A stretch of DNA of 20,000 nt from Lama guanicoe (Eukaryota): assembly GCA_013239625.1 (NCBI GenBank), contig MU053444.1, positions 57,699 to 77,698 of the forward strand. Direction: 5' to 3'. The notes under the pieces are model-generated. The model ran no database searches. It was given only the letters and a program-made list of their open reading frames with translations, and was not told where the DNA came from. Every line of letters starts with the position of its first letter. Position 1 is the first letter of the stretch. The position numbers were made by a program, and so were the translations under genes. Positions 1-12,195 of this stretch are shown piece after piece.

Positions 1-1366
1 CAAAAGTCACTAACAAAACTTTAATCCATACAGTGTGGTACTTGCATAAAGGACAGACAAATAGATTGAGAGAAAAGAACTGAGAGTCATTACAAACAAA
101 CTCTTACACATAGCCAGTTAACTTTTGACAAAGGTGCCATGACAATCCAATGGGGAAAAAATAATCTTTACAAAACTGATGCTGGGACGCCTGAACATAC
201 ACCGGGAAAGAAAGAAAACTGAACTTTTATCTTAACACCATTTATGAAAATTAACTGAAAATAAATCACAGACCTGAAACTATAAAACTGTTAGAAAAAG
301 AACAATGAAAAAATCTTCAGGAATTTGGTTTACAAATACATCTAATATATGACATCAAAAGCACAAACAACAAAAGAAAAAAAATCAAGTAAACTGGACT
401 TCAGTATAATTAAAAACTTCTGTGCTTCAAAGGACTTCATCAAGAAAGTAAGAAGACAATCCACAGGATGGATGAAATTATTTCCAATATTTTCCCTGAT
501 AAGGGACTTTTATCCAGAATAGACAAAGAAGACTTAAAATGTGACAATACAATGACAAATACAATTAAAATGGGCAAAGAATTTGAATAGATGTTTCTCC
601 AAAGAAGACATACGAATGGGAAAGAAGCACATGAAAAGATGTTCAACATCAGTAGACATTAGGGAAACAGAAATCAAAAGCACAATGACATGCCACTTCA
701 TACCAACTAGGTTGACAAATATATATGATATATGATATATAAATATGTATCTATAAACCCAGTAATATAAAGTGTTGATGAGGATTTGGAGAAACTGGAC
801 TCCTCATACATTACTACTGGAAATATAAAATGGTGCAGTCACTTTAAAAACTAGTTTAGCAATTCCTCAAAATGTTAAAAGTAGAATACTTTTTTGCTAT
901 ATACTCAAGAGATCTGAAAATATGTGTTCACACAAAAACTTGTCCATGAGCATTTACAGCAGAATTATTCATCATCAACTGATGGGTGGATAAGCAATGT
1001 GGTGTATTTATAACAATGGCATATTGTTTGAACACAAAAAGGAATTTGGGTACTGATATATACTACACCATGAATGAGCCTTGACAACGTCACACTAAAT
1101 GAAAGATGACAATCAAAAAAGGCAGCATACTGTATGGTTCTACTTATATGCAATGCCCAGAACAGGCAAATCTGTAGAGGCAGAAAGTAGAGTGGTGGCT
1201 GCTGGGGGCTAAGGGAAAGGAAGGTTAGGGAGTGACTTACTAAAGGGTACTGGTTCCTTTTGGGGGTGATGGCTACAAAGCCCTGAAATGTACTTAAAAT
1301 CCTAATGCACACTTTCAAAAGCTGCATTTTATGGTATGTGAATTATATCTTCATAAAGCTGTTATT
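1..1366 (+). mobile_element. Old LINE-1 (L1M, L1MB-like) 3' part of ORF2 plus 3' UTR, degenerate
   Basis: Contains typical ORF2 3' sequence (ttttgacaaaggtgcc, ttctccaaagaagacata, tggtgcagtcacttt) followed by an L1MB-type 3' UTR ending ttttatggtatgtgaattatatcttcataaagctgttatt. It continues beyond the window start. Confidence 0.85.
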
Positions 1367-1980
1367 CTTGAAGTTGAGCCCACCTATGGAGCAACTTGCA
1401 CAGCACTTACTGCAGCATCCGGAGGGGGAGTGACCCACTCGCCCACTGTGAAGGAGAGCAGTACCTGACCCAGTGTTGAAGGGGCGCAATCTTCTTGCCG
1501 ATGGACACTGTGAGTAGCACAGACAAGGGGGCCAACAGAGCAAGCTGAGTTCGTGAAACAGGGCAAAGACACAAAGACCTCTCAATAAAACCATTAAGAG
1601 TGCACAGTCTCTAGAAGAACACATCTTTGTTTTTTAAATCATTTTATATCTGTTTTATTTTCTATTACCTTTTTAATCTTTACTTTTTAAACAATTCTAT
1701 ATGTTTACAGTTCTCATTACATCTTTAATTCTCTTGGTTTTGATCTGTTATTGATTATTCACAGGTTTGAAATATTGTGTTTTGATTTTTTCTTCTTTTT
1801 ATTAAGGTTTTTAAAAGACATCTCAACTCGATTGCTATTCTGCTTCAACTTGCTCTTCTATTATTGATTATACACTGTTTTCAAACTTTCTTTTCCTCCA
1901 TTCTTTTAAAATTCTCTCTCTCTCTCTTGTTTTTAAGTTTTATTTCCACATAGGCTTTAGATAAATAAATAAACTCCTTT

Positions 1981-2880
1981 AAGGAAGTATTCCCAATTAA
2001 AAGAGCAAGAGAAATCCCCTGAAAGAACAATCAATGAAATAGACATTGATGGCCTACTAGATCAAGATTTCAAAAAAGAAGTGATCAAATTACTGAAGGA
2101 ACTAAAAGAGATAGTGTTCAGAGACATAAAATATGTCAAAAAAAAATAGAAGCTATAAAGAAGAGCCAAGTAGAATTGGTAAATTCATTGGCTGAAATGA
2201 GATCTGACCTAAAGGCTGTACAAATCAGGCTAGATAATGCAGAGGAACGAATAAGTGACCTAGACGGCAGGACAACAGAAAGCACCCAATCAGAACAGAA
2301 CAACAAAGCACCCAATCAGAACAGCTGAGAGAAAAACAAATAAAAAACAATGAAAACAATATAAGGAACCTATGGGATAATATAAAGCATGCCAATCTAT
2401 GCATAATAGGGTTTCCAGACGGGGAAGAAAGAACAAAGGGGATGGAAAAGGTATTTAAAGAAATCATGACTGAAAACTTCCCAAACCTAAAGAAGGAATC
2501 AGACACCCAAGCACAGGAGACTCAGAGGTTCCCAAACAGGAAGAGCCTAAAGAGACCCACACCAAGACATATCATAATCAAGATGGCCAGACTGAAGGAT
2601 AAAGAAATAATCCTAAAGGCAACAAGAGAAAAACAAAGAGTGAGTTACAGGAGAAAGCTCTCAGCTGATTTCTCTACAGAAACACTACAGGCCAGTAGGA
2701 AGTGGCAAGAGATATTCAAAGTTCTGAATGAAAAAACAGATGCAGCCTAGGATACTTTCTGCAGCAAGGCTATCCTTTAGAATAGAAGGAGAGATATAGA
2801 TTTTCACAGAGAAGCAAAAACTAAAAGACTTTAGCAACACTAAACCCATGCTAAAAGAAATATTGTAAGGTACACTCTAA
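1981..2880 (+). pseudogene. L1 ORF1p remnant (start codon missing, frameshifted)
   Basis: Reads RKYSQLKEQEKSPERTINEIDIDGLLDQDFKKEVIKLLKELKE from 1981. ORF-track fragment 2442-2750 contains ENFPNL, TPRHIIIKM and LSADFS. Confidence 0.85.
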
Positions 2881-3283
2881 ATAAAAAAGAAGCAGGATGA
2901 TACAGAAATGAGAGATTATAAATGGAAAGATGATACTACCATGAATTACAAATAGAATAAACATGAAATTGTAAAAGAAGACATCTAAATCATTGATAGG
3001 GAGAGGGAAGCAAGAAAATATAGAGTATTTTTTTCTTTCTTTTTTTTTTAAATTTTTTGTTCTCAGTAGGATGGGTTTGAGATTACATTATTATCTGTTT
3101 AGTACACACAGAGTAATTGGTTAACAGACTTACAAAAAGTGTAACCACAAGCCAAAAACTTACAAGTGAGTGACAAAAACTAAATACAATCCAAGATAAT
3201 ACAAAGGAAAATTACCATACCACAAAAGGAAGAAGAAAGGAACAAATAAGAAATAACAAATCAACTGCAAAAATAAGTTCAAA

Positions 3284-6200
3284 ATAGCAATAAACACTCA
3301 TCTATCATTAATTACTGTAAATGATAATGGACTAAATGTTCCAGTCAAAAGACAGAGTGGCAGAATGAATAATAAAGCAAGAACCTTCAATACACTGCAT
3401 ACAAGGGACATACTTTAGGGAGAAAGACACATATAGATTGAGAGTGAAAGGACGGAAAAGGATATTCCATGAAAATGGAAATGCCAAAAAAGCTGGTGCA
3501 GCAGTACTGATTTCAGACAAAATAGACTTTAAAACAAAGGCCATAAAGATAAATAAAGACATTCTATAGTGATTAAAAGAGCAATACAAGATGAGGATAT
3601 TACAATCATTAATATATATGCACCCAACATGGCACCTAAGTACATAAAACAACTACCAAAAGAGATAAAGGGGGAAATTGATGGGAATACAATCATTGTC
3701 AGAAATTTTAACACCACATTAACACCACTAGACAGATCTTCCAGACAGAAAATAAATAAGGCAACAGAGAATTTAAATGATATGAGAGAAAAATTAGATT
3801 TAGTGGATATTTTCAGAGCTTTACACCCCCCAAAATAGGATATATATTCTTATCAAGTGCACGTGGAACATTTTCTAGGATTGATCATGTACTTGGTCAC
3901 AAAAGAAGCCTCAACAATTTTAAGAAGATAGAAATTATCTCAAGCATCTTTATTGACCACAATGCCATTGAAACTAGAAATCAACTACAGAGAAACAAAG
4001 GAGAAATAAAGGAAAGCATAGAGATTAAACAACATGGTATTAAAAAATCAACGGGTCAATGATGAAATCAAAGTTGTAAATAAAGTATGCCTTGAGACAA
4101 ATGAAAATGAAAACATAACCACACAAAACTTATCGGATGCAGCAAAAGCAGTGCTAAGAGGAAAGTTTAGGGCGATGCAGGCCTTCCTCAAAAAAGAAGA
4201 ACAATATGAAATAAACAATCTAACCCACCTGCTAAAAGAACTAGAAACAGAGGAGCAAAAACACCCAAAAGTCATCAGAAGGAAGGAAATAATAAAGATC
4301 AGGGAGGAAATAAATTAAATAGAGATTTAAAAAAAATAAAGAAAATGATCAATCAAACCAAAAGCTAGTTTTTTGAAAGAGTAAATAAAATTGACAAACC
4401 TCTGGCCAAACTCACAAAGAAGAAAAAAGAGACAGCACAAATTTGCAAAATAAGAAAGGAAAATGGAGAAATTACAACAAATAACATGGAAATACAAAAT
4501 ATCATATGAGAATATCATGATAAACCACATGGAAAACAAATGGATAACCTAGAGGAAATGGACAAGTTTCTGGAAACATACAGTCCACCAAGACTGAACC
4601 AAGAAGAAACTGACAACTTGAGCAAACCAATCACTAGGAATGAAATCAAATTAACAATAAAAAAACCTCCCTACAAATAAAAGTCCAGGACTGGACAGCT
4701 TCACTGGGGAATTCTACCACATATACAAAGAAGAAATCATACCAGTCCTTCTCAAACTCTTCCAGAAGATTGAAAAAAAGGAATATTCCCAAACTCATTC
4801 TACGAAGCCAACATCACCCTGATACCAAAACCAGGCAAAGACACCACCAAAAAAGAGAATTACAGACCAATATCACTGATGAACACAGATGCAAAAAGTC
4901 CTTACCAAAATACTAGCAAATAGATTCCAACAGCACATAAAAAAATTATACATCATGCTCAAATGGGGTTCATCTCAGGGACACAAGGGTGATTCAACAT
5001 ATGCAAATCAATGTAATATTTCACATCAACAAGAGAAAGGACAAAAACCACATGATCATCTCAATAGATGCAGAAAAGATTTCGGTAAAATTCAACACCC
5101 ATTTATGATAAAAATTCTCACCAAAGTGGGTATGGAGGGAACATATCTCAATATTATAAACACTATATAAGACAAGCCTACAGCCAGCATAGCACTCAAT
5201 GGTGAAAACTCAAAATCTTCCCACTAAAATTTGGGACAAGGATGTCCACTATCACCACTCCTATTCAACATAGTCTTGGAAGTCCTGGCCACAGCAATCA
5301 GGCAAGTAAGAGAAGTAAAAGGGGTCTAAATTGGAAAAGAAGAGGTAAAAGTGTCACTATATGCAGATGACACGATACTATATATAGAAAACCCTTAAAG
5401 GTCCACACAAAAACTACTAGAGCTGGGGGGAGGATATAGTTCAAGTGGTAGAGTGCATGCCTAGCATGAACAAGGTCCTGGGTTCAATCCCCAGCACCTC
5501 CTCTAGAAAGAAAGAAAGAAAGAAAGAATCCTAATTACCTCCCCCATCAAAAAACCTAAAAAAACAAAAAATAATAAAATAAATTTAAAAATTGATAAAA
5601 AAAAACTACAAGAGCTGATTGAAGAATTTAGCAAGGTAGCAGGTTACAAGATTAATGTTCAAAAATCGGTTGCATTTCTTTACACTAATGATGAATCAAC
5701 AGAAAAAGAAAGTAAAGAAATAATCCCCTTTAAAATAGCACCCAATGTAATAAAATATCTAGGAATAAATCTAACCACAGAGGTGAGAGAATTATACACA
5801 GTAAACTATAAACCATTGGTGAAGTAAATTAAAGAAGACTTTAAAAAATGGAAAGATATCCCATGCTCTTGGATTGCAAGAATCAATATTCTTAAAATGA
5901 TCACACTGCCCAAGGCAATCTACAGATTGAATGCAATCCCTATCAAATTACCCCAGACATATTTCATAGAATTAGAACAAATCACAATAAAATTTATATG
6001 GACATAGAATTTCCAGGGCATTACTGAAGAAAAAAAAGATAGAGGCTGGAGGATAAACTCTCCCAGACTTCAGACAATACTGTAGAGTTACAGTCATCAA
6101 GACAGCATGGTATTGGTACAAAAACAGACATATAGACCAATGGAAGAGAATAGAGAGCCCAGAAATGAACCCACAAACTTTTGGTCAACTAATCTTCGAC

Positions 6201-7111
6201 AAAGGAGGCAAAAATATACAATGGAATAAAGACAGTCTCTTCAGCAAGATAAACATAAGACAAGATACAATAAACCTCCTACAATAACATACAGGCAAAA
6301 TATCTGACATACATCTCAGAAATGTTCCCCTAGGGCAGTCTACCCAAGCAATAGAAATAGGAGCAAGAATAAACAAATGGGACCTAATGAAACTTACAAG
6401 CTTCTGCACAGCAAAGGACACCATAAGTAAAACAAAAAGACAACCTACAGAATGGGAGAAAATTTTTGCAAATGAAACTGACAAAGGCTTGATCTCCAGA
6501 ATATATAAGCAGCTCAAATGACTTAATAAGAAACAACCAAATAACCTAAACCAAAAATGGGCAGAAGACCTAAACAAGCAATTCTCCAAGGAAGACATAC
6601 AAATGATCAATGGGCACATGAAAAAATGCTCAATAACACTAATTATCAGAGAAATGCAAATCAAACCTACAATGAGGTATCACCTCAAACCAGTCAGAAT
6701 GGCCATCATTCAAAAATCCACAAATGAAAAATGCTAGAGAGGCTGTGAAGAAAAGGGAGCCTCCTACACTTCTGGTGGGAATGCAGTTTGGTGCAGCCAC
6801 TGTTGAAAACAGTATTGAGTTTCCTCAAAAGACTAGGAATAGACTTGCCATATGACCCAGGAATCCTGCTCCTGGGCATATATCCTGAAGGAACCCTACT
6901 TCAGGATGACACCTGCACCCCAATATTCATAGCAGCACTATTTACAATAGCCAAGATATGGAGACAGACTAAATGTCTATCAACGGATGACTGGCTCAAG
7001 AAGTGGTATATTTATACAATGGAATACTACTCGGCCATAAAAACTGACAATATAGGGCCATTTGCAGCAACATGGATGCTTCTGGAGAATGTCATTCGAA
7101 GTTAAGTAAGC
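3284..7111 (+). pseudogene. L1 ORF2p (endonuclease / reverse transcriptase) remnant
   Basis: The presumed start is mutated (ATA GCA ATA AAC ACT CAT CTA TCA TTA ATT ACT GTA AAT). ORF-track fragments 3569-3838, 4034-4318, 4889-5170 and 6788-7105 are ORF2 pieces. It is interrupted by a SINE at 5425 and has an apparent internal deletion near 6248. Confidence 0.9.
5425..5600 (+). mobile_element. tRNA-Ala-derived SINE (camelid vic-1-like) nested in L1 ORF2
   Basis: Head ggggggaggatatagttcaagtggtagagtgcatgcctagcatg...gggttcaatccccagcacctcc (A and B boxes), then (GAAA)n, cctaattacctcccc and an A-rich tail. 16-bp target-site duplication aaaaactactagagct (5409-5424) / aaaaactacaagagct (5601-5616). Confidence 0.92.
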
Positions 7112-7139
7112 ACGGTAACAAGGAATAAAGGGAAGTTAC

Positions 7140-7274
7140 CTCCAGGTACAGTTATTTTGATTAAAATATCCATACAGAAAGCAAGTCACCCCCATGACTG
7201 CTGCCAGGAGGAGCATCCGATTGTACTACTGCAGCCAAGCAAAGTAGATTCCGACCTTCTCTCCGTAGAATTTC
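7140..7274 (-). pseudogene. ANO6: ANO6-like exon (approx. exon 8, first transmembrane helix), 135 bp, in-frame stop
   Basis: ctttctgcag|G AAA TTC TAC GGA GAG AAG GTC GGA ATC TAC TTT GCT TGG CTG CAG TAG...TGT ACC TGG AG|gtaact reads (R)KFYGEKVGIYFAWLQ*YNRMLLLAAVMGVTCFLYGYFNQNNCTW(S). It contains the anoctamin YxGEKxxxYFAWL motif; TAG is at 7226-7228. Confidence 0.94.
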
Positions 7275-7367
7275 CTGCAGAAAGACAGAAGGTAGTTTCA
7301 GAAGACACACATAATCACTCTGTAGCTTCATCCTCATGTTAATTTATTTTTTCTTTTTATAATTAGG

Positions 7368-7478
7368 NNNNNNNNNNNNNNNNNNNNNNNNNNNNNNNNN
7401 NNNNNNNNNNNNNNNNNNNNNNNNNNNNNNNNNNNNNNNNNNNNNNNNNNNNNNNNNNNNNNNNNNNNNNNNNNNNNN
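7368..7478. other. Assembly gap (111 N)
   Basis: Run of N. Confidence 0.99.
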
Positions 7479-8029
7479 ATTCTAAGTCGGGGGCTTTAAG
7501 TTTAAACCTCTGACTCAATTCACACTTAAAACATATACGTTTTCATAGCAGCCCCCAAATTCTACCGTGAAATAAGAAGTATTTTACGTATTATAGAAGT
7601 ACAAATCACTGGTTCACCTGCTGAAGAGAGATAAATGAGAACAGAGCAAAGGAGGGGACGAGGCTGACTCCAGAGCAGATGCAGGAGATCATCACCACTC
7701 ACTGGACAGTCTGGCACATTCAACAAATCCCCCCAAAGATCATTCTTAACAGGCTAGACACAAGTGGACATCAACAACTGGCTCAGTCATCTGCTCCTCC
7801 CTTATCTCGGGAACGTCCATGGAGCAAATGCATCGTAAACCACAGATAATAAGGAAATGGCTGATAATGATAACAACTGGGAGTGCAATGTCTCTCTGAC
7901 AAAATATTTATAAAACTCATTGTGGGAATGGGAGAGGGCAGGAGAGATGTGACTGAGGAAGGTACTGCACTTTATACTTTGTATCTAGCACAACTGTTGT
8001 TCCTAGGTTCTAAAAACTCTTCAATGTTT

Positions 8030-8500
8030 CTCAGTTAGTCTGGAGTAGATGGAACAGGCCAGGGAGGCAAGATTAGAAGAAAGGAGGCAGGGCATGAAGC
8101 GGTGCCAGTCTGGTCCTGAAAGGGAGACAGACACATACAGGCAGACACAGAGGGTTTAGGGATGAGGCGGAACAATGAGACGGCTGCTCAGGTGTGTCTT
8201 GCTGTTGCTGATACTTCCCTCAACTGGCTCACTGCTGACTCAGCAGTGCTGCGTAAAACCTATGGATTTCCTCAGCTCTGAGTTCTCTCTGAGGCTTCCG
8301 GCTCAGTCTGGAGCTGAGATGAGATCCGTGGGCTTAGCCTAGGGGGGACTAAGATCTGAGAACAGCCTGGAGTCCTGGGAAACTTCACACAGGAACCCCC
8401 TTGGGCTGGAACAGCGCTCAAAGGGCTGCTGTGAGAACAGCTCCATCCTCAGAGACCTGGGCGTGGACCATTCCATGGGGAAAAGGGCTGAGCCCGATGC
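8030..8500 (-). mobile_element. Probable degenerate L2 fragment
   Basis: Purine-rich ggagtagatggaacaggccagggaggcaagattagaag... resembles antisense L2; highly diverged, boundaries approximate. Confidence 0.4.
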
Positions 8501-9039
8501 CAAATCAGATAGGAGGGACAAAGTGTGTTCATTGTCATGTGACTGGGCTTTGTGGTCTGGCTCATGGATGGCAGGCTCAGGATGGTGTCTGGCAGAGAAA
8601 ACCCTGGCAATGGGTTTGAGATGTCTTCGACTCTTTCTTGTTAAGCTTTTTGTAATGCATTCTTATCAACTATCCATCCTGAAAATGCCAAATTCAAAAC
8701 TGAAAGAATTTTAGAAGTTGCCTGCTCCAACTGGCCAACGGTAAACACACCCTGCTACAGTTACAGAGCTGGTCAGGCAGCCTCTGCCTGGATATTTACA
8801 GTGACGGGGAGTTCATTACTTCCAAAGGTTACATGTCGGTAAGAAGGTCAGAAAGAATTTTTGAACCTTAAACAGATGTCTGCCTCCTAGTCCTTGCTGA
8901 AAGACTAGAAATAATGAGGATCCCTTCAAATGCAGTTTTATCTGATTGTTATCTCTCTCTGTCAAAAACACCCCAATTCTTAGTATCAATTTTTCAAAAT
9001 TCAGCTTTGATTTCTTTTTATCAAAGTTATACCATACAT

Positions 9040-9600
9040 TCAACAAAGAGACAAACAGTTCTCAAACATCGATTGTAAAAATGAGCAGTTCCCAACAACC
9101 GCCCCATTTCCTGGCCAGAAGCAACCACGTTCAGCTCCTACTGCTGACTCTTGGAATAATTACTCCCTTTCTCTGACTAATATCCTTGTAACACAGCCTA
9201 CTGACTTTTTCAGCTTTATGTATCACCTATTTAACTTTCTATTTTTGAAAATGAGGATTAAGCTCTCTTTCAAATCCCATCTCATCTACACACCCAAACC
9301 TTCATTCTTCCAACCTTTTGATACAATTACATTATAATTTTCATCAGCTCAGTATCCTTGCTTTCCATTATTAGTGCTCTGTACAGACTGTTCACTTACT
9401 TATTTCTTCCCTACTTTGTTTTTCCTGGAGTTAATAATTGTCTTGGTGGTTCATAGCTTAGATTTCTGTGCACTTAACAATTCAACCCCAGACCTTCTCT
9501 TAACGAATAACTTTCTCAATACTTTCCAATACATTGTCTACAAATTTCATCTCCTTGAATAAATCTCTTCAGATCTCCTTCAACCTGGATTAATGATATG
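9040..9600 (-). mobile_element. Probable ancient L1ME-type fragment
   Basis: ccagaagcaaccacgttcagctcc in a pyrimidine-rich context resembles antisense old L1ME 3' UTR; weak. Confidence 0.35.
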
Positions 9601-9876
9601 CTAGTCTTGTCCCAGAGCTCACGGGGCCACTAGTGGGAAGCAACAAGGGAATACATGGACCAAAAGCAGGGAAAAGGTCAACATAATTTCCTTAGCAAAA
9701 AAATACTTAAAATAGTGGGAATATTGTTTTCTTTACAAACACAAACACACACACCAACCCTAAAAGCCCATAAAGAATGATTAAAGAGCCATCAAACCCA
9801 TTGCCCTGCCTTCAAATTCTGTATAACATAAAACAAAAATAACAGAAAGAAAATATCATATAAATATGAATCTCAA

Positions 9877-9982
9877 GGGGGATGGGTACACTCAGTGGCA
9901 GAGTGTGTGCTCAGCATGCATAAGGACCTAGATTCAATCTTCAGTACCTCCATTAGAAAAAAAATTAAAAAGAAAAGAAAAA
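9877..9982 (+). mobile_element. tRNA-Ala-derived SINE, short and more diverged copy
   Basis: gggggatgggtacactcagtggcagagtgtgtgctcagcatgcataaggacctagattcaatcttcagtacctcc followed directly by an A-rich tail; same head as the 5425 and 18242 copies. Confidence 0.85.
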
Positions 9983-9989
9983 TGTATCA

Positions 9990-10820
9990 ATGTTAAATAT
10001 TTACATATATACAGATATCCTCTTTTTAAACTGTGTTCTACAGGATAACCCAGGTTAATGAGAAAGTGCCTCTTCATGACTGTGATCCTGCTGATAATTG
10101 AGGGAGGAAATTGGAGTATGACCACATGAAATAAAATGCTTTATGAAATAATGATCCTGGGTGACAATCATTATTGGCTGCTGTCATCACAAAAAAGAGA
10201 GTCAACTGGACATTATGTACCTTATTACAGGAGTACAAAACTTCACATAACAAGTATTCTTGCACAAAGTTAAACCTCAATCAGATCAAGCTTTTAGGGG
10301 AGGATCAAATCACTTAGCTAAAGCCAATACATAGGATGGAGAAACAAGTCTAACACCACAGGGGAGAATGAAATCAGCCAAAGAGGAAATAGAGAAACCC
10401 CTCAGCAATTTCAAGGAAAATGAGAAACAGGAAAATTATAGATAAGAACCCACTTGAGAGATATGCTAGCTGCAATGTCTGAACCTAGTCTGGATCCTGA
10501 TTTCAACCCCAAAACTACTTAAAAGTGTATTTTTGTAACAATCAGGGAATTATTTTGTAACCCTAAAAAAAAAGGAATATTCCAGTTGTATTTGAAAGAG
10601 ACCTTGCCATTTCACTAATGAAAGGTTAAGCTATGTATGATTGTCTTCAAAATGATCCCGTAGTGGGGTAGGGGATGAGGAGGAGATGAAAGATGCAACA
10701 ACAGTGACTCTGAGTTTATAATTCTGGAGCTGTGTGACTGATACAGGCAGGCTGGCTGTGCTGTTCTCTCTACTTCTGTACATGTTTGAATCTTTCCATA
10801 AAATGTGAAACAAAAAAAAA
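9990..10820 (+). mobile_element. Old L1MC-type (L1MC4/5-like) 3' UTR
   Basis: Motifs aaacctcaatcagatcaagc and tctggatcctgatttcaa, and terminus ctctctacttctgtacatgtttgaatctttccataaaa plus an A run. It probably extends left of the SINE at 9877. Confidence 0.65.
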
Positions 10821-10939
10821 TTCTTCAGTGTTTTAAAACCCTCACTTTGAAGGTTAAGAAGTTTACCCAAGTAGGTGGGCACCGGCATGGGGCACTGAGA
10901 TTAGAAAGAACAGGCACCTGGCTCCAGGCCTACCTGCGG

Positions 10940-11600
10940 CTACCTTGACCCTCCTCTTCTCCTCACCACCCACAGCCAGCCCGTAACTGCATCCTGTCAG
11001 CTCCACTCCCCAAACGCATTCCTCCCTGGCTCCCACCATCTCTCATCTGGCCCCCTCCAAGAGCCTCCTACCCGGCCTCCCTGTTTCCTGGGTCCCTGTA
11101 ATTCATTCTCCACATTATCTTTGCAAAATTTGAGTGAGAGAAAATTACTTAAGTACTTAAACTATCATGACTGCTTCTCACTGCGCTTAGAATCAACACT
11201 CCTTTCCGTGCTCCTGATGCCCATGTAAACCTCGTGGCTCATCACTCTCACCAGCGCTGGCTCCAGTATCTCCTCAAACCTGCTGAGCACATTTGTGCCT
11301 CGGGGACAATGGACAAGCTGCCTCCATTCCTGGGGTGACTTTTCCCAGATCCTCAAAGTCCAACCTCCTTATCACCATCTCAGCTCACATGAAACCTACT
11401 CAAAGATAGCTTTCTTGACTCACTTCCCCTCAAGTCTCCTATCTCAACAGTGTTATTTCCTTCATTTCTATCTGACATTGTTTCCTTATTAGCCCGATTA
11501 TTTTTGTTTGCTCGCTTGTCCTTGGCCTCCCTCCCCCAGCAGCCTTGCCCAAACAGCATAAGCTCCTGGAGAGCAGTCGGCACTGGTGCTCTGAGAAGAC
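10940..11600 (+). mobile_element. L2 3' region, degenerate
   Basis: Pyrimidine-rich L2-like blocks: agcctcctacccggcctccctg, ttcattctccaca, catctcagctcacatg, taagctcctggagagcag. Confidence 0.7.
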
Positions 11601-11729
11601 ACATGCTGAGCGTGACATTACAGTCACGTGGTGTAGTGAAACGGTGTCGAACAGCAGATACAACAAAGCAGTGAGAATTTCTCTCTTATTTTATAATTTA
11701 AATGAAATCAAACATTTACTCCTGTTTAA

Positions 11730-12170
11730 TGAAGAATTTGGTAGGTCTTTGTTCCCAGTTCCTGGACGGCAACCACTAAAGCCTTGAAATTTCCCAAGAT
11801 AGGAGTGTCTTTGCTATTCATGGTGGAACCTTGGATGGCCTGTGTTCATGAGATGACTCTGGATAGGGACTGGCCAGCCAGAGACACCAACCATGTGATT
11901 AGAGGAGTGGCGTTTGAGCTTTGTGACAAGTGAGTGACCACCAGGAGAGGAAGGGGCTCAACGGTTAGGGCTAAGGAAAGGTTTGACTTACAGTTTGGGT
12001 TTGGGTTAGCCATGTCGGTAGTGACCCAATAAATCATGGCTTTGTAATAAAGCCTGCAGTAAAAACTTGGAGCAACAAAGCTCAGAGCTCCTGTGAGCTT
12101 CCTGGTTGCAAACACTCTTGGAGGACTATCACACTCAGATGCCAATGGGACAACCCTGAGTGCTTCCCAC
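11730..12170 (+). mobile_element. MER21-like ERVL LTR, 3' truncated
   Basis: ggtctttgttcccagttcctgg...aaagccttgaaatttcc...gataggagtgtctttgctattcat, accaaccatgtgattagagg and gagcttcctggttg match recalled MER21B/C consensus blocks. Confidence 0.75.
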
Positions 12171-12195
12171 TGGAGTGCTCTCCACAGCAGCTCAC

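Larger units (their letters stand above)
1367..7111 (+). mobile_element. Near-full-length decayed LINE-1 (partial 5' UTR, ORF1, ORF2; 3' UTR missing)
   Basis: A GC-richer 5' UTR remnant (~1367-1620) and a T-rich tract precede the ORF1 remnant (~1981-2880; KVFKEIMTENFPNL, PTPRHIIIKM) and the ORF2 remnant (from ~3284). ORF2 includes endonuclease sequence (ITIINIYAPN, NFNTTL), RT motif SLYADD (~5354-5371) and C-terminal YTMEYYSAIK. There are many stops and frameshifts. The 5' boundary is approximate. Confidence 0.95.

Noticed and set aside
5425..5501. tRNA-Ala(AGC)-like genes here and at 9877 and 18242
   Set aside because: Mismatched stems, shared non-tRNA tails, A-rich ends and target-site duplications identify them as SINE heads.
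6185..6664. 159-aa minus-strand ORF and similar hydrophobic ORFs (440-649, 965-1327, 2225-2506, 3332-3717)
   Set aside because: Antisense frames of A-rich L1 sequence.
3284..7111. Active reverse transcriptase or a novel RT system (YADD motif)
   Set aside because: Ordinary L1 ORF2 with many stops, frameshifts, a deletion and a nested SINE.
7157..7342. Plus-strand ORFs overlapping pseudo-exons (also 14955-15254)
   Set aside because: Antisense shadows of the ANO6-like exons, with no independent evidence of coding.
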